IMG/VR virus record: IMGVR_UViG_3300022934_002389
Location: 115,462-135,461 of that record
Source of the DNA: an uncultured virus (IMG/VR IMGVR_UViG_3300022934_002389)
Lineage: Duplodnaviria; Heunggongvirae; Uroviricota; Caudoviricetes
Strand: one strand, 5' to 3'
Length of the DNA stretch: 20,000 nt
The notes beneath the pieces are model-generated. The model was not told the DNA's origin, did no database searches, and was given only the letters and a program-made list of their open reading frames with translations. How positions within the stretch are numbered: position 1 is the first letter of the stretch; each line of letters begins with the position of its first letter. Shown piece after piece: positions 7,538-15,863 of this stretch. The translations under genes were made by a program, and so were the position numbers.

Positions 7538-8400
7538 TATATTATTTCACCCGCCCTTTGTCCTTTCGGCCCAATTATTTCATTTTGATGCCAATGTAAA
7601 TTTTGATTTATTTTTCCTGGATCTATATCCATATACTTTTTTACCAGTCCTATGGTTTTATCATGCACGCCTTTTACATATTCTTTTGTGGTTTCTTTCA
7701 TTTGGTAGTCAAAAGTTTCTGTTAAAAATTTATAATGCTCACCAGGCAAAGGGTGAGTATCCCAAAATAAATCATGAATATGTTTTTTATTCCAATTCAC
7801 TTTCCAAGTAAGATTATCTCTCCACAATGTATCGTAAAAACTTTTTCTCATCTCTTGTAATGCTGGTTTATAAAATCTAAGAAATTTATTATCGACTTTA
7901 AGTCTTTGGTCCATTCCAAGATGTGCTGTTTCATGCTGTTGATCAAACCATCTAGACAAATCTAACATTTGCAAAAAATGTACATTTGTTTTTAACTTTA
8001 ACATTTCATGAACAGGTTGAATATATGCCATGTCACGTAGTAATAAATCTGTTTGATCAATTTTCTTCAAATATTTGCGACTGTAATTTTCGTTGTTAAA
8101 AATATTACCATTTAAATGCCACCTATCTTCTGTTGAATCATATCTATCTATTCTTGCAACATTAGTCCAACACACTATTACTAAATCATTTTTTGTAAAT
8201 TTATGTTTTACATCGGCCATACCAACTCTAGTGGCAATAAATCTATTGCCAGCTCCGGATGCAGCATAATTATAAAAAGGAACTTGTAGGTCTAGGGCAA
8301 GAATATTTGCCCAAGTCATCCAGCAGTATTCTGTGAAACTACAACCAAATACAAAAAGTCTTTCTGGTTTATTTTTGTATAACTTAATTCTCTTCGCCAT
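7537..8400 (-). CDS. SGNH/GDSL-like hydrolase fold protein (paralogue 2)
   Basis: FVFGCSFT, NYAASGAGN, VIVCWT..R.D, C-terminal WDTHPLPGEH. Confidence 0.65.
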   Translation of the reverse strand: MAKRIKLYKNKPERLFVFGCSFTEYCWMTWANILALDLQVPFYNYAASGAGNRFIATRVGMADVKHKFTKNDLVIVCWTNVARIDRYDSTEDRWHLNGNIFNNENYSRKYLKKIDQTDLLLRDMAYIQPVHEMLKLKTNVHFLQMLDLSRWFDQQHETAHLGMDQRLKVDNKFLRFYKPALQEMRKSFYDTLWRDNLTWKVNWNKKHIHDLFWDTHPLPGEHYKFLTETFDYQMKETTKEYVKGVHDKTIGLVKKYMDIDPGKINQNLHWHQNEIIGPKGQRAGEII

Positions 8401-9079
8401 ATGTTACTGCTAGTGGAAAAATTTCTGCTATAACTTTTGCACATTCATGTGCAATATCCATGTGTTCTTTTTGTGTACCATTTGCACCACGTAATTCAAT
8501 GTAGTGTACCCAACTACGTAAAGTACCGTTCATATATAAACGTGTTTTGGTAAGTCCTTCTGGCAACACTTTGCGAGCAACTTCTTTAGCAATACCTTGT
8601 TTAATTGCCCAGTCATATGCTTTACCTGCTGTAAAACAAACATCTTGCTGTAGTTCTTCCCATTTTGTAACAAGTTCAGCAGCACCTTCTTGCCCTAGAT
8701 CGATTTCAATAGAGTTTTGCCTATTTTTATGATCCTGTAAACGGGCTTCACTTGTAATAAAAATCTCGCCCATTTCACCCGGCTCGGCATAACGTTGTGA
8801 GAACTCTTGGAATGCAAAACTACGATGACGCACAATTTGATGTGCAATATCACGTGTAGTATCAATCTCCATACACACGTTTACCATTTCGAGCGGGCTC
8901 CAGTGTGCATGTTTAATAAGATATTTTACAAGTTTTTCACTTGTTTCTGAATTCATTTGATTAGCAGGATTTGAAACCCTTGCACAAAATGCTACAAGAT
9001 CTAATAAATCATTGTCAGCAATGCCTTCGTTTACAAATTCTTCTGTTGGTTTAGTGTAACTTACTAAGCGAACGGCCAT
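8384..9079 (-). CDS. thyX: Flavin-dependent thymidylate synthase
   Basis: HWSPLE, signature RHRSFAFQEFSQRY (RHRx7S), AKEVARKVLP, GTLRSWVHYIELR, TQKEH. Confidence 0.97.
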   Translation of the reverse strand: MAVRLVSYTKPTEEFVNEGIADNDLLDLVAFCARVSNPANQMNSETSEKLVKYLIKHAHWSPLEMVNVCMEIDTTRDIAHQIVRHRSFAFQEFSQRYAEPGEMGEIFITSEARLQDHKNRQNSIEIDLGQEGAAELVTKWEELQQDVCFTAGKAYDWAIKQGIAKEVARKVLPEGLTKTRLYMNGTLRSWVHYIELRGANGTQKEHMDIAHECAKVIAEIFPLAVTYGEEN

Positions 9080-9249
9080 CCCGTTATTTCTCCTTTTAAA
9101 TTAGAAAGTCTTTGACTCAAGAAACTTATTGTTGTGTTAATGTGTCCTGTGTCATGGGGTTGTAGTAATGTTTTGTAATATTCTATTTCTTCTTCTAGTA
9201 CGTTTATACGTACAATATCATTTATCAGTTTTTTATTTTTAGTCACCAC
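9064..9249 (-). CDS. Small hypothetical protein
   Basis: 61-aa ORF filling the gap between the ferredoxin and thyX genes and overlapping both. Confidence 0.6.
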   Translation of the reverse strand: MVTKNKKLINDIVRINVLEEEIEYYKTLLQPHDTGHINTTISFLSQRLSNLKGEITGWPFA

Positions 9250-9580
9250 GGCCGGGCTCCTCTGAAAAATATTGCATTTTATTTTCTACGCCTTCCCATT
9301 CCTTTGCATCTGATGGAACATCTTCTGGACGCATTTCTGTAATATTTGGCCACACTTCACTCCATTTTCTATTGAAGTCTACCCACTGTTCTGTGCCCTC
9401 TACTGTGTCTGGTAAAATTGCATCAGCAGGACACTCTGGTTCGCATACACCACAGTCAATGCATTCATCAGGGTGAATAACCAACATGTTCTCACCTTCA
9501 TAAAAACAATCCACAGGACACACTTCTACACAATCCATGTGTTTACACCTAATACAGGCGTCATTTACAATATAAGTCAT
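9239..9580 (-). CDS. fdxA: 7Fe ([3Fe-4S]+[4Fe-4S]) ferredoxin, FdxA type
   Basis: [21 protein letters not shown]...[12 protein letters not shown] with a WPNIT C-terminal extension typical of proteobacterial FdxA. Confidence 0.93.
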   Translation of the reverse strand: MTYIVNDACIRCKHMDCVEVCPVDCFYEGENMLVIHPDECIDCGVCEPECPADAILPDTVEGTEQWVDFNRKWSEVWPNITEMRPEDVPSDAKEWEGVENKMQYFSEEPGRGD

Positions 9581-10491
9581 AATGATCCTAATCTGATTAA
9601 TGTTGCTGCAAGGTTAATTTCTGGATCAACAACTAGCGTATGATCTACTAAACCTTGCTTAATAATTAGCACTGCTTTGTCTTGTTGTTCCTCATCTCCG
9701 AACAATTCTATATTGTCATAAAGCCAACGATAGATTTCTTCCATTTCTTCTGCTCGCACAGTACCACATAATAATTTACGTGCATCTTGAATCTTACCTG
9801 CTTTGAACAGTTCTACCATATCCAGTTTCCAGTCTGCTTCACCTGAGTCACCTTCTGTTGGCGAAACAAGTTTACCGTCTACACTATTCATTTGCACCAT
9901 GTTGATACATTTGCGCAAGTCTGGATATGTTGCTTTTACATATGTATCAAGTGTATCCAAGTCTGGAGTTACGCCTTCAGTAATTAGAATTTGGGCAACT
10001 CTTGCTGTAAACTCAGTTTGATCAATTTTTGCAATATGAAAACCTTGACATCTACTATGTATTGCTGGAATGATCCTATTTGGATAATTACAAGTAAGAA
10101 TAAAACGTGCAGTTGTATGATATTCTTCCATAACGCCACGTAATGCTGCTTGTGCGTTTGGCGACAAGTAATCAGCCTCATCTAGTAACACAACCTTGAA
10201 GTCACCAAATGGAATCATTTGCACAAACGCAACAATCTTGTCTCGCACATCATCTACTGAGTTTGTGCGACTTGCGTTGATTTCTAATATGTCTAATGGA
10301 TTTACATCAAGTTCATTAAAAAGTAATTTAGCAAGAGTAGTTTTACCAATGCCAGCATTGCCACTAAAAAGCAAATGCGGAATAGTTTTATCTTTGATCC
10401 ATGTTTTAACTTGGTTTCTTTGTGCGTCATCTCTAAATACATAACCGTCCACTGTGTTTGGACGATACTTCTCTACCCATAGTTCTTTCAT
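9577..10491 (-). CDS. Sliding-clamp loader AAA+ subunit (T4 gp44 / RFC small subunit-like)
   Basis: [17 protein letters not shown] Walker A, INAS, LLDEAD Walker B, SRC arginine finger. Start at ATG 10491 via ATGA overlap. Confidence 0.95.
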   Translation of the reverse strand: MKELWVEKYRPNTVDGYVFRDDAQRNQVKTWIKDKTIPHLLFSGNAGIGKTTLAKLLFNELDVNPLDILEINASRTNSVDDVRDKIVAFVQMIPFGDFKVVLLDEADYLSPNAQAALRGVMEEYHTTARFILTCNYPNRIIPAIHSRCQGFHIAKIDQTEFTARVAQILITEGVTPDLDTLDTYVKATYPDLRKCINMVQMNSVDGKLVSPTEGDSGEADWKLDMVELFKAGKIQDARKLLCGTVRAEEMEEIYRWLYDNIELFGDEEQQDKAVLIIKQGLVDHTLVVDPEINLAATLIRLGSL

Positions 10492-10670
10492 TCTTCTTCC
10501 TGTTCCCAATAGCGACTATACTTACTTGCTACATCTAACATACTATCTGGATATCCATTTTCTGTCAAGTATTTTCTAAATTCCATATCATTGCCTATAC
10601 ACTTTTTCGGAATAGGTTTAGGAAAGCCGTAGCGCCAACCGCTAGGTGGATCAAACATTATAACTTTCAT
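10488..10670 (-). CDS. Small hypothetical phage protein (DPPSGWRYGFPK motif)
   Basis: 60 aa from ATG 10670, with ATGA overlaps at both ends. Confidence 0.7.
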   Translation of the reverse strand: MKVIMFDPPSGWRYGFPKPIPKKCIGNDMEFRKYLTENGYPDSMLDVASKYSRYWEQEEE

Positions 10671-11461
10671 TTTGTTAACCATCCTGCGTCTTCCAATCCA
10701 GGTATCAACCATTCTTTTACAAGATGTTCGTAACATTCATCAGACAAATGGTCGCCATCACTTAAAGCTTTATTACCATATTCTCTTATGTAATATTCTT
10801 GTGCTCCTTGTGGAATATCTAAATAATGTGCAGATTCCATTCCTCCTAAACTTTCTTTAAGAGATGTATCTTTCAGCCTTCTGTACTCCCAAAGCAAAAC
10901 ATTAATATCTAACTGCTCTGCTAGTTCTAATGTCCAATATATTTTTTCTAGTGTCCAAAAGTTCCAACTATGCATGTCTTCCATAACTTTGAATTTAACA
11001 TAAGGCATTAGCCAATCTTTTTTAATACCAGGTATAGTTATATCCCAAACAGGATCTGTTTCTGATGGATCTCTATAACATGCAATGCTTTTTGTAATTT
11101 TCCTTAGTTCATGAGGATCGGTTGCAATCTTGTATAGATCTTCTGTATCTAAACAATCATATTTCAACAAGTCATCATAAACGTCTTCATTATCTGGCAT
11201 TCTTGATATAATTTGACTACGGTCACTACACATTTCAAGCACAACTGTATCAATACCAAGTTTGGCTGCTCGTATAATCGATTTGTGATATTCTTCGCTG
11301 CCTCTTCCTGGTATAGCAAAGTTATGCACTTCTACATCTGCATGTTTTTCAAACCATTTATCGATAGGCTGACAATGCTCTCCAACATTGTCTAGTAACG
11401 GATTTGTAATTTTATGACTTCCGCTACTATAACTGCTACCAATGATTCCTAATCTTAACAT
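10667..11461 (-). CDS. SGNH/GDSL-like hydrolase fold protein (paralogue 3, more divergent)
   Basis: GIIGSSYS, NFAIPGRGS, C-terminal DGDHLS. Confidence 0.55.
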   Translation of the reverse strand: MLRLGIIGSSYSSGSHKITNPLLDNVGEHCQPIDKWFEKHADVEVHNFAIPGRGSEEYHKSIIRAAKLGIDTVVLEMCSDRSQIISRMPDNEDVYDDLLKYDCLDTEDLYKIATDPHELRKITKSIACYRDPSETDPVWDITIPGIKKDWLMPYVKFKVMEDMHSWNFWTLEKIYWTLELAEQLDINVLLWEYRRLKDTSLKESLGGMESAHYLDIPQGAQEYYIREYGNKALSDGDHLSDECYEHLVKEWLIPGLEDAGWLTK

Positions 11462-11976
11462 AGTCCAAGTTCCTTGTATGCCATTTGCACACCTTTTGCT
11501 TGAAAATATGCATCTGCAAGTGCATTGTGTAAATCACTTTGCATTGCTTTGCGTGGATCTACTTTACAACAAGCAAACAATGTTCTGCTGTCACGCACTT
11601 GCCAAAATTGCCATGGAATAGGCTTGCCACGCTGTCGTAACATATCTTCAATAATAGTAATGTCAAAGCCATAACCATGACCCCAAAGCACATCAACACC
11701 TACCATCCATTTGGGCAAACTGTCTAAGAATACGTCAACATGTTCACGCCCTTCTGCACCGAACGCTTCTTCTTGTACTTTAGGATCTTGTTGTCCCCAC
11801 CATGCGATTGTATCATCGCTTACTGCACGATCTTGCGTATCTAAATCTAGTTTATAGTAAAACTCTCCATAAGGTTCGCTATTGCTTTTTGGATCGAACT
11901 TTACACCCCCGACTGTAAGGACTGCTGCTTGAGGTGTAGTGTGCAGTGTTTCTAAGTCGATCATTGCATGGATCAT
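11455..11976 (-). CDS. DEDD-family 3'-5' exo(ribo)nuclease (Rv2179c/RNase T-like)
   Basis: MIDLETL (Exo I), GYGFDI (Exo II), RDSRT, HNALADA (Exo III, DEDDh). ATG 11976 follows a GAGGA RBS. Confidence 0.88.
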   Translation of the reverse strand: MIHAMIDLETLHTTPQAAVLTVGGVKFDPKSNSEPYGEFYYKLDLDTQDRAVSDDTIAWWGQQDPKVQEEAFGAEGREHVDVFLDSLPKWMVGVDVLWGHGYGFDITIIEDMLRQRGKPIPWQFWQVRDSRTLFACCKVDPRKAMQSDLHNALADAYFQAKGVQMAYKELGLC

Positions 11977-11977
11977 T

Positions 11978-12568
11978 TTATTCCTCGCTGTTAGTAATAA
12001 GATTATAAATTTGCTGCCAGTTTTCAACCACAGTCACATCTGCTTCGACAAAGTCTAGATTATAGTCGTGTTGTATCAAAATAGGCTTGTGTCCTGCATA
12101 AAGTCCTGCCATTGCATTTTCAGGCTTATCTTCAATCCACCAATGACTATGTTCATAGGCTTTTAAATACTCATCTTTGTCTGCACCAGTTGCTATACAT
12201 TGCACTCTACGCATTGCGCCTCTGCCAAACCAATGTTCTAAGTTCATTTCTCGTAATCGTGCAGCATAAGGATCATCTGACAAACTAGTGATACATTCAA
12301 AATGCCAACCTTCTGATACTAGTTTATGTACCCAATCTACAGCATCACGCAAAGGATTTAAATATCCAATCCATGCACTGTTATTAAAAATTCCTACTAG
12401 ATGATCAGCAGTGTGTTGTTCAATACCATATTTGATTGACATTTTATATTGGGCTGGTGCTGCAATTTCATATCCTCGTGCAGACATCCAACGTTCAAAT
12501 GCTTCTTCCCAATTAAGAAAAACACCATCAACATCTGCTAGGATCTTGCGATCCTTGTTATAATTCAT
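11978..12568 (-). CDS. HAD-superfamily phosphatase / 5'(3')-nucleotidase-like (T4 30.2-like)
   Basis: DVDGV motif I, ITS motif II, K motif III, WIEDK motif IV, HDYN. Confidence 0.85.
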   Translation of the reverse strand: MNYNKDRKILADVDGVFLNWEEAFERWMSARGYEIAAPAQYKMSIKYGIEQHTADHLVGIFNNSAWIGYLNPLRDAVDWVHKLVSEGWHFECITSLSDDPYAARLREMNLEHWFGRGAMRRVQCIATGADKDEYLKAYEHSHWWIEDKPENAMAGLYAGHKPILIQHDYNLDFVEADVTVVENWQQIYNLITNSEE

Positions 12569-12596
12569 AGTTGAACCTCGTTGTTAATTATGCTTA

Positions 12597-12625
12597 AACA
12601 TAACACAAAACGTACACGATGTCAA
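12597..12625 (-). promoter_or_regulatory. Sigma70-type promoter for the HAD-exonuclease-clamp loader-ferredoxin-thyX run
   Basis: TTGACA(12620-12625)-N17-TATGTT(12597-12602) with a TGn extended -10; GAGG RBS before ATG 12568. Confidence 0.7.
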
Positions 12626-12630
12626 GTAAA

Positions 12631-13314
12631 TTATTCTCTATTACCTAATAGTGCTAATAAGAATTGGAACAAGTTCACAAAGTCAAGATATAAACTCAAT
12701 GCCATTTGGACACCATATTTGTCTGCAACTTCCATATTAGGAGCAGAAAGAAATAAATTTTTTGCTGTTTGCGTATCCCATGCTGTCATACCGACAAAAA
12801 TTAGTACACCGATAATACTAATTGCAAATGCAAATGCTGAACTTGCTAGAAAGATGTTTACAATACTAGCAATAATAATGCCAATTAATCCTACAATAAG
12901 AAAACTACCCATTGCGGTTAGATCACGTTTAGTTGTATATCCATATAAACTTGCTGCTGCAAATGTTGCACTTGTAATAAAAAATACCTGTGCAATACTT
13001 GTCATTGTATATACAACAAATATTGTACTCATACTAATTCCCATTACTGCTGTAAATGCGTAATAGAATCTTGTGATGCCTTGTAGTGTCCAATTGCCGC
13101 CTGCAAAACTATAATATAAAATCATACCTAGCGGCGCAAACATAACCACAAGACCTAATAATCCAGTTGGAATAAATCCTGTTGTGTAACATAGATATGC
13201 AACAAATCCACTTACTGCTAATCCTAGAGCAGTGTGATTGTACATATTAATCATAAATTTACGCAAGCCTTCATCATAAGCTCGACTTGCAACATTAGCA
13301 GTTCTTGCTACCAT
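12631..13314 (-). CDS. yccA: BAX inhibitor-1 / YccA (TMBIM) family membrane protein
   Basis: About 7 hydrophobic segments; DEGLRKFM..MYN, YGYTTKRDL, TAWDTQ, ALSLYLDFVNLF. Confidence 0.93.
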   Translation of the reverse strand: MVARTANVASRAYDEGLRKFMINMYNHTALGLAVSGFVAYLCYTTGFIPTGLLGLVVMFAPLGMILYYSFAGGNWTLQGITRFYYAFTAVMGISMSTIFVVYTMTSIAQVFFITSATFAAASLYGYTTKRDLTAMGSFLIVGLIGIIIASIVNIFLASSAFAFAISIIGVLIFVGMTAWDTQTAKNLFLSAPNMEVADKYGVQMALSLYLDFVNLFQFLLALLGNRE

Positions 13315-13315
13315 A

Positions 13316-13675
13316 TTAGTCTCCTATAAACTGTGCAAGTTCTGGAGCCTTCCAACCTTCTGGCTTCAGTACCTTGCCATCTTCACGTTTACGAACTTTG
13401 CCAGTGTCTGGATCGATCTTAGCAAAGTTTGTATCCATTACTTCTTTCCAAGCACCTTCTCCGTCCCAACCTGCGGCACGGATAGCACCCATAGTAACAA
13501 CTAGAATATCAACTAGTGCGTCAAGTTGTTCTACCTTATCGTTGTCTATAATGGCTTCTTCCAGTTCGTCTGTTTCTTCTCGAATTAGATCAAGATACAT
13601 TTTGTAGTTTGCTTCATTAGGCTCTTGATCACACGCTGAGCCAAAGCGTTCAATATCTGCGAATGGGTTTGTCAT
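13316..13675 (-). CDS. MazG-like / PRA-PH all-alpha NTP pyrophosphohydrolase (possible dUTPase)
   Basis: LIREETDEL..A, DALVDILVV, EV..TNFAK, REDGKVLKPEGW. Confidence 0.88.
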   Translation of the reverse strand: MTNPFADIERFGSACDQEPNEANYKMYLDLIREETDELEEAIIDNDKVEQLDALVDILVVTMGAIRAAGWDGEGAWKEVMDTNFAKIDPDTGKVRKREDGKVLKPEGWKAPELAQFIGD

Positions 13676-14082
13676 TATGCCCCCACAAAATTTGATGGGT
13701 CTATAGTTGTTGATTCGCCATTCGCATATTCGTCACCAATGTAAACATCATTTGGCTTTTCATTACTATACCCTATAATACATTCTTGATCAATCATTCT
13801 TAGTTCTATTGCGCCATTGCCATCATCAACATTAAATGCTCTTGTCCAACGACCATGTTCAATTAAAATCCAGTCACCTACTTGGTAATCATCTTTGTTG
13901 TCTGGACCTTTTGCATGTACTTTACCCCAGCGAGGATAAATGCCTCTAGTATTTCCATCATCATTAGTAATAATTAATCCACTTTTTGTTTTTTGTTCAC
14001 CAAAATACATATCAGTGACAAGAACTCTATCTTTAATAGGAGTTAAAGTTCCTTTAAAAACTTTTCCAAAATTTACAGCCAT
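13675..14082 (-). CDS. groES: GroES/Cpn10-like co-chaperonin
   Basis: LTPIKDRVLV, KTKSGLII mobile loop, GKVHAKGP, VGDWIL. Confidence 0.8.
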   Translation of the reverse strand: MAVNFGKVFKGTLTPIKDRVLVTDMYFGEQKTKSGLIITNDDGNTRGIYPRWGKVHAKGPDNKDDYQVGDWILIEHGRWTRAFNVDDGNGAIELRMIDQECIIGYSNEKPNDVYIGDEYANGESTTIDPSNFVGA

Positions 14083-14465
14083 TATTCACCTTTTCTAATA
14101 AAATTGCCGTCTTCGTCTTCAATCCATTCGTCTAATGTTTGTGTTTTTGATTTTTTTGTTTCAACAGGCTTTTCAGGCACTGGTTCATTATCAAACTCAT
14201 CAAACATTTCTTCTTCTAACTCAGTGATAGGTTTTGGTCTAACAACGGTTTCTTCTACAACACCTTTTGTGTTATAATATTCTTTAAGAACTTGTTCACG
14301 CTTGCGAACAATTTTACCACCTGGTCCTAGTTCATCTCCTCGTGCATTAACTCTTGCATTGCCTACAGCAGGAGTTAATTCATTTCTACTGATCAGAAGA
14401 TCAAGATCGATATTTTTACCTTGGGCTGTTTTATAAATTTTACGCCCTGATTGTTGTCTTGCCAT
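14082..14465 (-). CDS. Hypothetical phage protein with acidic tail
   Basis: 127-aa ORF, AAGGAG RBS, TAAGTA motif at 14490-14495 upstream; TAATG overlap with the groES-like gene. Confidence 0.75.
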   Translation of the reverse strand: MARQQSGRKIYKTAQGKNIDLDLLISRNELTPAVGNARVNARGDELGPGGKIVRKREQVLKEYYNTKGVVEETVVRPKPITELEEEMFDEFDNEPVPEKPVETKKSKTQTLDEWIEDEDGNFIRKGE

Positions 14466-14492
14466 ATTATTGATCTCCTTAATATGTACTAC

Positions 14493-15023
14493 TTATCTCA
14501 AGAACTCTCTCCAATCCAGGCCATACTGGATTGAATCTATACGATGCACACCTATCAAATACAGCACATAACTTGCTACACTTGATCCACGTCCTACACC
14601 CCATACAATGTCATTCTCACGCATAAAGTCTACAAGATAAATCATATAGCGTAGTAGATCGTGCATACCACGTTTTTTAAATTCGTCTAGTTCTTCCCAA
14701 ATACGATCTTGTACGTGTTGCGGGCAAGGTGTTTCTGCTTTACCTAGAACATATTCATATACGCTAATCGCTTTATATTCTTCAGGCATAAACCATTCGC
14801 TTTGACATACTCCGTCAAAAGTCTTTTGATCTACATCTAATGGAATATACTTTTGCAATGGATCCATACCTTGTTCTTCCATTGCAGTATTAAACTTGTC
14901 TATTTCGTCTGTAGGTGTACATAATACCACATGCACTTTATCCGCATGACCTGAATAGATCATATCGATTAAATCGCGATTTGTAAATCGAGGTATACCT
15001 AGGTCGTCTGTTCTCATAAGCAT
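14493..15023 (-). CDS. Stand-alone fragment of DNA polymerase III alpha (DnaE-like)
   Basis: R...EL..F, Y....VDFMRENDIVWGVGRGSSVASYVLYLIGVHRIDSIQYGLDWREFLR matches the DnaE GxGRGSxxxSLVxYxLGITxxDPxxxxLxFERFL segment; the ORF stops before PDxDxD. Confidence 0.88.
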   Translation of the reverse strand: MLMRTDDLGIPRFTNRDLIDMIYSGHADKVHVVLCTPTDEIDKFNTAMEEQGMDPLQKYIPLDVDQKTFDGVCQSEWFMPEEYKAISVYEYVLGKAETPCPQHVQDRIWEELDEFKKRGMHDLLRYMIYLVDFMRENDIVWGVGRGSSVASYVLYLIGVHRIDSIQYGLDWREFLR

Positions 15024-15029
15024 AAATGT

Positions 15030-15058
15030 ATTTTACGATACATTGATAAGATTGTCAA
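15030..15058 (-). promoter_or_regulatory. Near-consensus sigma70 promoter, probably producing a leaderless mRNA for the dnaE fragment
   Basis: TTGACA(15053-15058)-N17-TAAAAT(15030-15035)-6 nt-ATG(15023); no SD sequence. Confidence 0.72.
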
Positions 15059-15263
15059 GATCTGAATTAGTGTCTTCTTGTTCTTTTTTCTGTTGCTTAC
15101 GTCTTTCTTCTATTTCTACTTTGTAAGAATCAATAAGCAAAATCATTTGGTGACGTACATTTTCATCCTGCGTCATGAAATACATAGAATTAAGTTTTAG
15201 AACTTTTTGTTCTAATTCATTCATTGTAAATTCTGATAAATCGCCTAGATTAGGATGTATCAA
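15033..15263 (-). CDS. Small hypothetical helical protein
   Basis: 76-aa ORF; TTG start overlaps the upstream TGA. Confidence 0.7.
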   Translation of the reverse strand: MIHPNLGDLSEFTMNELEQKVLKLNSMYFMTQDENVRHQMILLIDSYKVEIEERRKQQKKEQEDTNSDLDNLINVS

Positions 15264-15841
15264 CTGTAAGTACCTACATGTGTTAGATAATATGTAACAC
15301 CATCTGTTGTAAAAACATCTACAATCATTGTTTGTGTATTAGTAACTTCTAGTGCTGTAGATGTCCATGCAGCATTTCCGTCTGTCTTTAGTGTTTGACC
15401 TAATCCTGCATTAAATGTAAATGTTGTGTTAGAAGTATTTGCTGTACTTATTACTACTCTTGCACTGCCTGCGTTTGTAGTAGGGAAATTTGTTAAAGTT
15501 ATACCAATCGCACCTGCACTTGCATTACCTGAAACATTATATACTGCACCGTCACTCCAGTCAACTGCTGCTGAGTCACCGCCGTCACTATTTACATTAG
15601 TGTTATTAATATCGAGTGTATTTGCTACAAGATTTGCATTTGAAATTTTGTTTTCACCAAAGTCATTATCTACATTTAATTTTGCAGTTCCAGTTTTCAA
15701 TGAATTTAATTCAGTATTAGCAACTGATAATCCTGTTTTAACCACACTAAAGTTATCACGAAAGCCTTGGCTATCGTTATCTTGTCCTGCGACTGGAAAG
15801 TCTGCATCAATTGTTGTATAAACTATTACTTCATCTGCCAT
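15260..15841 (-). CDS. Putative virion/tail structural protein
   Basis: N-terminal ID..FPVAGQDNDSQGFRDNF plus short coiled coil, then a T/N/G-rich beta region. AAAGGA RBS and TAAATA at 15861-15866. Confidence 0.6.
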   Translation of the reverse strand: MADEVIVYTTIDADFPVAGQDNDSQGFRDNFSVVKTGLSVANTELNSLKTGTAKLNVDNDFGENKISNANLVANTLDINNTNVNSDGGDSAAVDWSDGAVYNVSGNASAGAIGITLTNFPTTNAGSARVVISTANTSNTTFTFNAGLGQTLKTDGNAAWTSTALEVTNTQTMIVDVFTTDGVTYYLTHVGTYS

Positions 15842-15863
15842 TGTTATTTCCTTTACATACTAT

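Noticed and set aside
10492..12027. Longer track starts at 10509, 10736 and 12027
   Set aside because: Downstream ATGs at 10491 and 10670 (ATGA coupling) and 11976 (RBS) fit better and match the expected protein N-termini.
12581..13063. 160-aa plus-strand ORF
   Set aside because: Antisense shadow of the yccA gene; no RBS or motifs.
14466..14533. Frameshift, readthrough, intron or split intein rescuing the dnaE fragment; 8-bp hairpin at 14512-14533
   Set aside because: No PDxDxD continuation or intein-like sequence follows the stop, and the next gene begins within 30 nt with its own RBS. The hairpin is in coding sequence and may be chance.
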